Shown: positions 28,195 through 36,731, counted from the first letter of the stretch. The stretch is 36,731 bases of DNA from Candidatus Micrarchaeota archaeon (GCA_016935455.1 JAFGQX010000055.1:1-36731); one strand, 5' to 3'. The notes: generated by a model not told the origin, from the letters alone. Numbers and translations are program-made.

Positions 28195-29510
28195 TTTTCT
28201 CCGACCTCCATATCCAGAAGCTTGTTTATCTCCACTGCGTATTCAAAAGGAAGTTTTTTTATGAATTCCTCGGCAAAGCCGATTACCAGCATCCTGTGTG
28301 CCTCGTCCCTGCTGAAACCTCTGCTCATAAGATAAAAAATGGATTCTTCGCTTATTTTTCCCACCGAAGCTTCATGTGAGACAGATGCTTTTTTCCCTTT
28401 TGCTTTTATTTTGGGGTATGTATTTGAATGGGATTTTTCATCAAGCACTATTCCATCACATCTTACACTTGACACGATGCCTTCAGCATCTTTGGTTGCA
28501 TCAATTATTCCCCTGTAATTTGCTGTTCCGCCGTCTTTTGATATTGATTTTGATGTTATCGATGAATGTGTTTCTGGTGCCAGATGGAATATCTTTCCTC
28601 CCGTATCCTGAATCTGCCCTCCTCCGGCATATCCGATGCTGAGCATCTCGCACTTTGCACCTTTTCCGGAAAGCAGAACCGAGGGGTATTTCATATTTAC
28701 CTTTGAACCAATATTTCCGTCCATCCATTCAATGTATGCGTTTTCCTCTGCAAAAGCCCTTTTTGTTGCAAGATTGTAAACATTTGTAGACCAGTTTTGG
28801 ATGGTGGTATATCGTACTTTTGAGTTTTTAGATGCAAAAACCTCAACCACTGCAGCGTGAAGTGATGCTGTGGAATATGTGGGTGCAGAGCACCCTTCAA
28901 TATAATGCACCTCAGCACCTTCATCAGCAATTATCAGGGTTCTTTCAAACTGGCCCATATTCTGCGTATTCATCTTAAAATACGTCTGAAGGGGAGCTTC
29001 AACTTTTGTGTTTTTAGGAATGTATATGAATGTTCCCCCTGACCATACTGCAGTATTAAGAGCCGAGAATTTGTTGTCAGAAGGCGGAACAAGCTTTCCA
29101 AAATATTTTTTTACCATCTCGGGATATTTCTTAAGTGCTGAATCCATATCAGTGAATATTACCCCCTGTTTTTCCCATCTTTTTTTCAGCTGTTCATATA
29201 CTGCAGTGGATTCATAGTGTGCAAGAGAGCCCCCAAGAAGTTTTTTTTCAGCTTTTGGAATACCCAGTTCTTCAAACTGCTTTTTTATTTTCTCCGGAAC
29301 ATTTTTCCAGTCAGTCGCCTTCCTTTTTTCCCCTTTAATATAATATACTATCTCGCCGAAATCAAGTTCAGATAAATCCGGCCCCCATTCGGGAATTTTT
29401 TTTCCAATAAAAATATTGTATGCCCCCAGTCTTTTTTCCAGCATCCATTCCGGCTCATTTTTAATGGCGGATATCTCCCTGATCTTTTTTTTGCTGAGTC
29501 CTTTTTCCAT
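28191..29510 (-). CDS. sufB: Fe-S cluster assembly protein SufB
   Basis: KNEPEWML, LNTAVWSGGTFIY, GQFERTLIIAD, LHAAVVE, YTTIQNW, CDG, HEASVGKI, FYLMSRG. Confidence 0.95.
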   Translation of the reverse strand: MEKGLSKKKIREISAIKNEPEWMLEKRLGAYNIFIGKKIPEWGPDLSELDFGEIVYYIKGEKRKATDWKNVPEKIKKQFEELGIPKAEKKLLGGSLAHYESTAVYEQLKKRWEKQGVIFTDMDSALKKYPEMVKKYFGKLVPPSDNKFSALNTAVWSGGTFIYIPKNTKVEAPLQTYFKMNTQNMGQFERTLIIADEGAEVHYIEGCSAPTYSTASLHAAVVEVFASKNSKVRYTTIQNWSTNVYNLATKRAFAEENAYIEWMDGNIGSKVNMKYPSVLLSGKGAKCEMLSIGYAGGGQIQDTGGKIFHLAPETHSSITSKSISKDGGTANYRGIIDATKDAEGIVSSVRCDGIVLDEKSHSNTYPKIKAKGKKASVSHEASVGKISEESIFYLMSRGFSRDEAHRMLVIGFAEEFIKKLPFEYAVEINKLLDMEVGEK

Positions 29511-29526
29511 TGGTTATTTTGAGACA

Positions 29527-29550
29527 GGCATAATTATTTATTAACTTGCC
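29527..29550. promoter_or_regulatory. Putative bidirectional TATA element between sufB and sufC
   Basis: GGCA-TAATTATTTATTAACT-TGCC, equidistant from the two divergent ATGs (29510 and 29567). Confidence 0.55.
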
Positions 29551-29566
29551 ACCAGACATTTTTCCG

Positions 29567-30277
29567 ATGATTTATCTCAAAATTGAGAACCTTTCTGCGG
29601 GTTTTCATAGTACTATACTGGATAATGTATCATTTGATATCAAAAAAGGAGAGTTCGTTTTGATATTGGGCCCGAACGGCTCAGGAAAAAGCACATTGTG
29701 CAGAGCACTTATGGGCGACCCCAGCCTTAAAACCAGCGGAAATATATTCTTAGAAGGCAGGAACATAACTAATTTAAGAACTGATGAACGTGCAAAACTC
29801 GGTATGTTCCTTTCTTTCCAGGACCCTCCGGCAATAGAAGGCGTTACCATACTTAAAATGCTGTACAAACTAAAAGGAGGAAAAAAAGACATAATCGTTG
29901 AGAAAAAAAGAATTCAAGAAAATGCTGAGAAAATAGGGCTGAAACAGGAATATGTCGGAAAAGATATCAATGTAAACTTTTCAGGAGGAGAAAAAAAGAG
30001 GGCAGAACTTCTTCAGCTTGCGGAGCTGAACCCCGAATTCATAATGCTTGACGAGCCGGATTCCGGAATGGATGCGGACGGCCTAAGAATGCTTGGAGAT
30101 CTCCTTGAAAAGTTAAAAGAAAAAGGAAAAACAATACTGCTTATCACCCACCAGAGTAAAATTTCCGAAATTATAACTCCGGATAAAGTAATTCTAATGA
30201 ATAACGGTTCAGTTTCTCAGGTTGGCGGCCCGGAGATTCTTGAAAAGATTCAGAAAAAAGGATACTCAGAGGATTAA
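29567..30277 (+). CDS. sufC: Fe-S cluster assembly ABC-type ATPase SufC
   Basis: GPNGSGKSTL, ERAKLGMFLSFQDP, FSGGEKKRAELLQ, LDEPDSGMD, ITH. Confidence 0.94.
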   Translation: MIYLKIENLSAGFHSTILDNVSFDIKKGEFVLILGPNGSGKSTLCRALMGDPSLKTSGNIFLEGRNITNLRTDERAKLGMFLSFQDPPAIEGVTILKMLYKLKGGKKDIIVEKKRIQENAEKIGLKQEYVGKDINVNFSGGEKKRAELLQLAELNPEFIMLDEPDSGMDADGLRMLGDLLEKLKEKGKTILLITHQSKISEIITPDKVILMNNGSVSQVGGPEILEKIQKKGYSED

Positions 30278-30278
30278 T

Positions 30279-31496
30279 ATGGATGTTGAAAAAATAAGGA
30301 ATGATTTTCCAATTCTGAAAAGAAAGATAAATGGAAAAAAACTAATCTATCTTGACAATGGTGCAACAAGCCAGAAACCCATTCAGGTTATAGATGCAGT
30401 ATCCAATTTTTACAAGAAAAACAATGCAAATATACACCGTGGAATCCACATTTTAAGCGAAGAATCTACCTTAATGTATGACGATTCCAGAAATAAGGTT
30501 TCCCGTTTTATTCATTCAAAAAATCCGGAAGAAATAATCTTTACGAGAAATGCAACCGAATCTATAAATTTAGTAATGTATTCGTGGGGGAAAGAGAACA
30601 TTTCCAGAGGAGACAAGATTGTAATCTCTGAAATGGAACACCATTCAAATCTGATACCTTGGGTTGTCCTTGCAAAAGAAAAAGGCGCCACCCTTGAATA
30701 TCTTGAACTGGATAAGGAAGGCTTAATTAAGGAAGGAGAGCTTGAAAAGATAAAAGGCGCAAAATTTGTTTCAGTTGTCCACGTTTCCAACGTTACTGGG
30801 GTAATTAACGATGTGGAGAAAATATGTAGGACTGCCAGTGAAGAAGGTGCGGTTTCCCTTGTTGACGCCTCCCAGAGCGCCCCGCATATGAAAGTCGATA
30901 TTCAAAGTATTGGGTGTGATTTTCTTGCATTCACCGGCCATAAAATGCTTGCCCCCACTGGAATAGGCGTTTTATACGGAAAAAAAGAAATCCTTGATTC
31001 TATGAATCCGTTTTTATTTGGGGGGGAAATGGTGGTTGAGGCGCACAAGTATGATATGAGATGGAATTCTGTTCCTTATAAATTTGAAGCCGGAACACCC
31101 AACATCTCAGGTGCAGTTGGTTTGGGTTCTGCAGTAGATTATCTGGAACAAATCGGAATGGAGAATATCAGGGCTCATGAAAAAAAGCTTGTTTCATATG
31201 CGCTTGAAAAACTTGGGGCTGTAAACGGCATTTCCATTATTGGCCCGCAGGATTCTTCAAGAAGAAGCGGAATCATCACATTTGAGGTGAAAGGAGTTCA
31301 TCCTCATGATGTTGCCTCCATTTTAAGTGAAGAGGGCATTTGCTTACGGTCGGGTTATCACTGCGCCCAGCCTTTGCACGAATCAATGGGTCTCCAGCCT
31401 ACTACACGGGCAAGTTTTTACATCTACAACACCGAGGAAGAGATTGACTTTCTTATTGAGAATCTAGTAAAAGTAAAGAAAATATTCGGTGTTTAA
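30279..31496 (+). CDS. sufS: Cysteine desulfurase, SufS (group II) type
   Basis: YLDNGATSQKP, EHHSN, FTGHKMLAPTGIG, FEAGTP, RSGYHCAQPL. Confidence 0.95.
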   Translation: MDVEKIRNDFPILKRKINGKKLIYLDNGATSQKPIQVIDAVSNFYKKNNANIHRGIHILSEESTLMYDDSRNKVSRFIHSKNPEEIIFTRNATESINLVMYSWGKENISRGDKIVISEMEHHSNLIPWVVLAKEKGATLEYLELDKEGLIKEGELEKIKGAKFVSVVHVSNVTGVINDVEKICRTASEEGAVSLVDASQSAPHMKVDIQSIGCDFLAFTGHKMLAPTGIGVLYGKKEILDSMNPFLFGGEMVVEAHKYDMRWNSVPYKFEAGTPNISGAVGLGSAVDYLEQIGMENIRAHEKKLVSYALEKLGAVNGISIIGPQDSSRRSGIITFEVKGVHPHDVASILSEEGICLRSGYHCAQPLHESMGLQPTTRASFYIYNTEEEIDFLIENLVKVKKIFGV

Positions 31497-31871
31497 ATGG
31501 ATGAGATTGCCAGAGAAAGAATTATAGAGCTTTATAAGAATCCCCTTAATTTTGGGACAATCCCGGATGCAGATTACACTGCAGAACTTAGAAACTCAGC
31601 CTGCGGAGACATAATTAGAATCTATCTCCAGGTAAAAAATAACAAAATAATTGATGCAAAATTTGAAGGCGAGGGTTGTGCCATAAGTATGGCTTCCGCA
31701 TCTCTTCTAACTGATTTTTTAAAAGGAAAAACACCGGAGGAAGTAAGAAATTTAGACAAAGACGACATTCAAAAAATTCTTGGAATGGACCTTTCCAGAA
31801 ACCCTTCAAGACTAAGATGTGCTCTTCTTCCCCTGGAAACTGCAAAAAAAGCACTGGCCGGCAGCAAATAA
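31497..31871 (+). CDS. sufU: SufU/IscU-like scaffold or sulfur-transfer protein
   Basis: NSACGD, GCAISMASAS, RLRCALL. Confidence 0.88.
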   Translation: MDEIARERIIELYKNPLNFGTIPDADYTAELRNSACGDIIRIYLQVKNNKIIDAKFEGEGCAISMASASLLTDFLKGKTPEEVRNLDKDDIQKILGMDLSRNPSRLRCALLPLETAKKALAGSK

Positions 31872-31889
31872 GCGAAAGCTGAACTAATA

Positions 31890-31897
31890 TTTATAAA
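31890..31897 (+). promoter_or_regulatory. Putative TATA box of the membrane/ATPase operon
   Basis: TTTATAAA about 35 nt upstream of the ATG at 31930; GTGGTG SD. Confidence 0.5.
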
Positions 31898-31929
31898 GTA
31901 TAACGTATAACTCTTACCGTAGTGGTGCT

Positions 31930-32739
31930 ATGGTCGGACAGAGGAAATTGTATATGTATATCGCGATAGGAATCGCAGGCCTCGGCTTCCTTTTATCTAT
32001 GATTGGGGGAGGAGGGATTTTGTCTCTTTTGGGAGGTCTTTTTGCAGGGGCAGGGGCAGTGGCTTCAATAGCTTTGATGAAGTTCGGCTATGTTGTTATG
32101 CCTCTTATTACAAAACAGACAAAAACATCCGTTTATCTTGAAGAGCCATATGAGATACCGCCAAGCCAGGATGTGATTGTAAAAAAATCAGGAAACGAAT
32201 ATCTCGCATCCTCATTTTTAAGCATCAAGATATATGAATCTTCAACCGAAAAATCTCTTGAACAAAATATAGCATATAATGAGTATTTTGAAAGAGCAAT
32301 CTCCAATATGAAATATGTAACCAAAATATCCTATCTGGTTTATGTTGAGGACATCAGTGCAAAGAGGAAAGACCTGGAAACAAAAAGAGCTGAAGCCCAG
32401 CTGAGGCTTGCAAGGGAAAAAGAAAAACCTGATCCGGATGTCCTGAAAATAGACCGTTATGAAAGAGAAGTTGCGAAATATGACAATGAAATCAACAAAA
32501 TGGTGAGAGGCGAGAAACCAATGGGTGTTATTGCATATGCGATGACCACCGCCAAAGGAATAAGCAAGGAAGCTGCGATTGCAGAAGCAAAAGCGCAGGC
32601 AAAAGAACTCAGAACCCTTCTTGCAAATTCTTTGAACGTTGAAGTGGAACTCCTCACCGCCGACAGCATGCTTAAATGTTTTGAATGGGAAATGTTCTTC
32701 CCGTCCTCAAGAGAAGGAATCGAAGATTCGGTGGTCTAA
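31930..32739 (+). CDS. Hypothetical membrane protein (2 N-terminal TMs, coiled coil, alpha/beta C-terminal domain)
   Basis: 269-aa ORF with a Gly-rich TM hairpin and charged helix KRKDLETKRAEAQLRL; stop overlaps the ATPase start (TAATG). Confidence 0.8.
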   Translation: MVGQRKLYMYIAIGIAGLGFLLSMIGGGGILSLLGGLFAGAGAVASIALMKFGYVVMPLITKQTKTSVYLEEPYEIPPSQDVIVKKSGNEYLASSFLSIKIYESSTEKSLEQNIAYNEYFERAISNMKYVTKISYLVYVEDISAKRKDLETKRAEAQLRLAREKEKPDPDVLKIDRYEREVAKYDNEINKMVRGEKPMGVIAYAMTTAKGISKEAAIAEAKAQAKELRTLLANSLNVEVELLTADSMLKCFEWEMFFPSSREGIEDSVV

Positions 32740-34313
32740 TGGGCGTTCTGGAAATTTCTAGGATATCCAACAAATCCCTTTCAAGAAGAAATCTTCTTGT
32801 TCATCCGGCCGAGCCTCCGATGGAAATTCTCTGCAGAGACCCGGCAAATTCAATATTTGTGGGAAAAACAAAAATGCTCCACGTCCCCTTTTTCTGGTCG
32901 TACGAAAATGTGACTAATCCGCACATTGCAGTTGTGGGTATTTCAGGTTCAGGTAAAAGCTACTTTATCAAAACATTCCTTATAAGGGCATCAATCACCT
33001 GGAACTCCAATGCAGTAATAATAGACTGGGCCGGGGAATACAAGGACTGGGTGAGAGATATAGGGGGAGAGATACTTGCTCTTGGAAAAGGCTCATACAT
33101 CAACCTTCTTGACCTTGGAGGAATGAAGCCTTACAACAGGATAAAGCAAGTTATGAGAACTCTTGAACTTCTTACAGACATAGGAAATTATCCCGAACAA
33201 AAAAGACTGACGGAAGAGGCAATAGAAAAAGCATACATTAGAGACAAATTCCAGATGGATGCAGTCGAGCAGAAAGACGAGCTTGGAAAACCGCTCAAAC
33301 CCCCGACACTCAAGAACGTAGTCAAAATACTTGAAGAAAAAGCTTCAATGGGGACCTATGAATTTCCTGCAGAACTTGAAAACGCAATCTACCGGCTTAA
33401 AAAATTCACCAAGCCCGGAGAGGATTACTTTGCAAGAAAAAGCACAATAGACCTTGAAAAACTTATTACCAGCGGGGTTGTTGATATTGACCTTTCCGGC
33501 CTTCCGGATGAAAGGGCAAGAGCACTCGGCGCCCTTACAATCCTTCAGTTTATAAAAGAAAAAATGAGAGCGACAGGATGGGCAAAAACAAAGGGACTCA
33601 GGCTCCTGGTTGTCCTTGACGAAGCGTGGAAGATATCCAAAGAGGAAAACAGCGATGCTGTGATGATTGTCAGGGAAGGACGAAAATATAATTTCGGAAT
33701 GATAATTGCAAGCCAGAACCCGACAGATATAAGCGAGGCGATATTTTCAAATGTCGGAACAACATTTATTCTCAAGGTTAAATTTGAAAAATACCTTGAT
33801 TATCTTCAGGGAACATTGAATTTCTCTGAATTTATGAGGCATGAAATTTCCACTCTTGGCGTCGGACAGACTGCGGTTAATATGGCATTCACCACGCCGA
33901 CACCCTACCCCTCAACATTCCTTATAGACAAAATAGTCGGGGAGGAGCCTTCGGTTGAATATTTCCTTCTATTGGAAAGTGTTCTGACCGACAAACAGAA
34001 AAAGGATGATACTATGGCCAAATCAATAGCTTTTGATAAGGGAGAATTTAGGAGGAAACTGATTGAATACGGGCTTTCAGAAGAAAATATAGTAAACATG
34101 CTCGGACTTTTTGACAGAAACAACCGGAGAATGGGCATCATTGCTTTTGTTCTTCTTCTTGAAAGGACAGGTCTTGAAAGAAAAAGAATAGCTGATTTCC
34201 TTCAGGAGATGGGGATTGAAGATTCAGTGATGATAAATATTTTTGTCAATGTAGACAAAAAGAGAAGCAAATTTGAAGGGCGGGATATTTCACAGCTTGT
34301 TCTGGAGGATTAA
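32739..34313 (+). CDS. VirB4/HerA/FtsK-superfamily P-loop ATPase
   Basis: NPHIAVVGISGSGKS (Walker A), IIDWAGEY, INLLD, LVVLDEAW (Walker B), REGRKY, ASQNPTD. Confidence 0.9.
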   Translation: MGVLEISRISNKSLSRRNLLVHPAEPPMEILCRDPANSIFVGKTKMLHVPFFWSYENVTNPHIAVVGISGSGKSYFIKTFLIRASITWNSNAVIIDWAGEYKDWVRDIGGEILALGKGSYINLLDLGGMKPYNRIKQVMRTLELLTDIGNYPEQKRLTEEAIEKAYIRDKFQMDAVEQKDELGKPLKPPTLKNVVKILEEKASMGTYEFPAELENAIYRLKKFTKPGEDYFARKSTIDLEKLITSGVVDIDLSGLPDERARALGALTILQFIKEKMRATGWAKTKGLRLLVVLDEAWKISKEENSDAVMIVREGRKYNFGMIIASQNPTDISEAIFSNVGTTFILKVKFEKYLDYLQGTLNFSEFMRHEISTLGVGQTAVNMAFTTPTPYPSTFLIDKIVGEEPSVEYFLLLESVLTDKQKKDDTMAKSIAFDKGEFRRKLIEYGLSEENIVNMLGLFDRNNRRMGIIAFVLLLERTGLERKRIADFLQEMGIEDSVMINIFVNVDKKRSKFEGRDISQLVLED

Positions 34314-34314
34314 C

Positions 34315-34686
34315 ATGAAAGTCTGCATTGAATGTAAAAAAGAGCTTAAAAAAGAAGACCTTAAAAAGGCAGTAAAAGTTAAAGATGACAGAATAATAAA
34401 AACAATAAGAAGCATTAAAAAGAAGCTTAATATTGCTGCGAACAATGAACTTTACATATGCGCAGAATGCCTTCAGGAGCACAAGAGGAAGAGAAAGGAT
34501 TATGAAAAAAATATGGTTCTGATAATTGCTCTTTCAGTCCTGATATTTCTTGGTCTTGGTTTTCTTCCGATAATTGCAGCAGGACAGTTCAGGCTGTCTT
34601 CTTTCCTTGCAGGTCTTCTGGTGGGGGCAATACTTATAGTTCTGGCGGGAATACTCAAATACACTCCTGCTGCGGAGGGGACATGA
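34315..34686 (+). CDS. Zn-finger (CxxC...CxxC) protein with two C-terminal TM helices
   Basis: CIEC and CAEC; two hydrophobic helices; GGAGG SD before the ATG at 34315. Confidence 0.8.
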   Translation: MKVCIECKKELKKEDLKKAVKVKDDRIIKTIRSIKKKLNIAANNELYICAECLQEHKRKRKDYEKNMVLIIALSVLIFLGLGFLPIIAAGQFRLSSFLAGLLVGAILIVLAGILKYTPAAEGT

Positions 34687-35436
34687 ATGGTTGATATTCT
34701 GAAAGGAAGCAAAAAAAGCGAGGAAGTGCACAATCCTCTTGTGGATAGTTTTACAGTCAGCGGAAAACTAAAAAGTTCTTTCAAGGAAATTTCAAAAATC
34801 CTCAGTGCAGTTTCATTTCTTGAGGTTGCTCCGGAAAGCAATGCGATTAATGTTGCTTACGTGGAAAGCCGGGATATAAACGGAAAACCGTACACTTTTA
34901 CACTACTCAGGATAAAAAAGGAAGAAGCCAGTGTTGTTTATTCAATCCCACCAAACATTGCTCCGAATAAAAGAAAACTGGATGTGGTAAGGTATTTTAT
35001 AAATATACTTAACCTGATGGGAAAAAATTATCAGGTTGAAACAAGACTTGTTTTCAGCCTCATTGAAGATGCGGTTAAAGGCCTTGGAGAGCTTATTGAC
35101 AAGGAAAGCTCGAAGGTTTATATTGAATATGACACTATGAAAAAAGAGGTTGCCCAGCTCAGGTCAAAAGCCAGCTCGCTTAAAAACCAGAACGAAGAGC
35201 TCAAAAACAAGATATATGAGCTGAAAAACCAGAACGAAGAACTCACTTTGAAACTTTCAAAATTTGAAGCAATTTCCGATGAATCTTTGAAAACCCGCCT
35301 TGTTGAGTGGATAAGGGACCACAGCGGAAAGATAAACATCCCTGAGTTTTCAAAGGTTTACAATATAAGCGAGGGCAGGGTTGAAGATGTCCTTAATATG
35401 ATGGTTACTGAAGGTTATCTTAGTGCTGCAAGGTAA
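34687..35436 (+). CDS. Hypothetical protein with coiled coil and C-terminal winged-helix-like domain
   Basis: Heptads LKNQNEELKNKIYELKNQNEELT; C-terminal LVEWIRDHSGKINIPEFSKVYNISEGRVEDVLNMMVTEGYL. Confidence 0.8.
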   Translation: MVDILKGSKKSEEVHNPLVDSFTVSGKLKSSFKEISKILSAVSFLEVAPESNAINVAYVESRDINGKPYTFTLLRIKKEEASVVYSIPPNIAPNKRKLDVVRYFINILNLMGKNYQVETRLVFSLIEDAVKGLGELIDKESSKVYIEYDTMKKEVAQLRSKASSLKNQNEELKNKIYELKNQNEELTLKLSKFEAISDESLKTRLVEWIRDHSGKINIPEFSKVYNISEGRVEDVLNMMVTEGYLSAAR

Positions 35437-35441
35437 TTTTA

Positions 35442-36731
35442 ATGGCTGAAAAAAAGATTAAAAAGGTAGCAATAAAAAAAACAACGTATTCGTTTGACAT
35501 CAACCGCAGTTATGACTATGAGAAACAATTTAGAATTATTGAGAAAACCCCTCTGGATGAGATTAAAAAGAAAGCAAAAAGCCTTTTTGCACCTTCTGAA
35601 AAAAAACTGCATCCAGAGAAAGAAAAGGCAAAACCCGGCTTGAATCCCCTTCTTATTGGCGGAGTGCTTGCACTGTTGATTCTTTTGGGTACGGGACTTT
35701 TTATCTACTTCCAGCTGAACGCCATTTCTTCAGTTCCTGAAAAGACCGAATTTCCCTCTTCATTTTTTTCCGCATCTCTCCAGGACGGCGGGATGATATC
35801 TTACGGTTCGGAAGAACAGAATCTTCACGCGGGATATCTGGATATTGCATATTCTCTTGTTTCGGTTCAGGAGCCCACACTTACCTTAAGTGTTTACGGT
35901 GAAACACCGCCTTCGCAGGTTTATATACTTTCAAACCCCCGCGACTACACTCAGACAAATTCATTCGGTGATTTTAAGAGAACTCTCAAGGATATCCTTG
36001 AAACAAAGCAGATGGCTGCCAGCGATATAACTGTTGAGCAGCTGAAAACAGTCCAGAAAGGAAGCCTCGTAATAGTTCCGACAGGCAGGCTCCCCAAGCA
36101 GATGGCTGAAGACGGAGAACAGAATATAAGAAGAATTCTGGAAAGGGGCGCGCATATAATTTATATAGGGCAGGATTTTACCGAGGTTATTGATGAAAAC
36201 GGGATTGTACAGCAGACTCCCCAGACATCGCTTGATAAGATAGGCATAATATTCAAAAAAACTTCGCCAACCGCGCAGGGCATCGAACTTTTCCGCCCGG
36301 GTTATACTGCAGAAGGAAAGTCCTCCGATTATGAATCCTCCATTATACTCGGAGCGCTGAGCGTCATTAAGAATACAAACAGCAACGGTTATCTGGTAAT
36401 TATTCCCCAGACTCTTGACGGAGGATGGAGGGAAGACGGAGAAAAGGCAGGAACAGAAATATCAAAACTTGTTTTCCAGACTCCCTGGATTGTCCCCGAG
36501 AATATCCGCCAGTACCAGCTTGAAGAGTCAAATTCAAGCATTACAAAAACATTTTATACCGGCCCCTTTTCAGGCTCGGAAAAGTATATCCGTGCAGACA
36601 TTCTTGGTATTGACAGCGAAGGGTATTACACCGGAAAAGTAATATTCAAAAAAGTTTATCCGGATTCAAATGGAGAGCTTTATATCGATGAAGGGCCGGC
36701 GCTTATATCCTCATCAGTAAGCGGGGAGAAA
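35442..36731 (+). CDS. Large single-pass membrane protein with extracellular domain; 3' end runs off the window
   Basis: Absent from the ORF track because it has no stop in the window. Reads MAEKKIKKVAIKK..., TM LLIGGVLALLILLGTGLFIYF, later SLVIVPTGRLP and ILERGAHIIYIGQDF. Confidence 0.8.
   Translation, partial: MAEKKIKKVAIKKTTYSFDINRSYDYEKQFRIIEKTPLDEIKKKAKSLFAPSEKKLHPEKEKAKPGLNPLLIGGVLALLILLGTGLFIYFQLNAISSVPEKTEFPSSFFSASLQDGGMISYGSEEQNLHAGYLDIAYSLVSVQEPTLTLSVYGETPPSQVYILSNPRDYTQTNSFGDFKRTLKDILETKQMAASDITVEQLKTVQKGSLVIVPTGRLPKQMAEDGEQNIRRILERGAHIIYIGQDFTEVIDENGIVQQTPQTSLDKIGIIFKKTSPTAQGIELFRPGYTAEGKSSDYESSIILGALSVIKNTNSNGYLVIIPQTLDGGWREDGEKAGTEISKLVFQTPWIVPENIRQYQLEESNSSITKTFYTGPFSGSEKYIRADILGIDSEGYYTGKVIFKKVYPDSNGELYIDEGPALISSSVSGEK

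Noticed and set aside
30222..30278. Track N-terminal extension of SufS (MAARRFLK..., resembling a Tat signal)
   Set aside because: Lies inside sufC and lacks a hydrophobic region; ATG 30279 after GAGGA matches the normal SufS start.
32685..32738. Track N-terminal extension of the ATPase
   Set aside because: Overlaps the upstream gene; ATG 32739 has a GGTGG SD and TAATG coupling.
35961..36642. Short track ORFs 35961..36155 (-) and 36415..36642 (+)
   Set aside because: Both lie within the long open frame starting at 35442.
31930..36731. Interpretation of the ATPase operon as an integrated conjugative element or provirus
   Set aside because: No integrase, relaxase, att repeat or capsid gene is seen, and SD and promoter style match the host. 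The right boundary is outside the window, so this is not fully excluded.

Overview
Archaeal chromosomal segment. The inferred source is a DPANN/Micrarchaeota-like lineage, based on archaeal r-proteins, GGTGA Shine-Dalgarno sites, TTTATAAA boxes, a multi-intron tRNA and K-rich orphan genes. Core content: a partial deoxyhypusine-synthase-family gene, purB, the S10/spc-like r-protein superoperon (rpl3 to secY, then adk), serS, glyA, and the rpl18e-rpl13-rps9-rpoN-tRNA-Pro-rps2 operon. Unusual content: (1) a five-gene membrane operon at the right end, encoding a 2-TM coiled-coil protein, a VirB4/HerA-like ATPase, a Zn-finger 2-TM protein, a coiled-coil protein ending in a CdvB-like winged helix, and a large anchored exported protein; (2) a RelA/SpoT-type HD hydrolase inserted antisense between secY and adk; (3) a tRNA-Pro(GGG) with two non-canonical introns; (4) a bacterial-type SUF cluster split around one symmetric bidirectional promoter; (5) two paralogous orphan proteins built from an unrecognised repeat domain; (6) K/E-rich r-protein extensions, with a near-identical block in uL22 and uS3; (7) similar hairpin leaders on both r-protein operons. 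All calls come from reading motifs by eye; no database searches were run.
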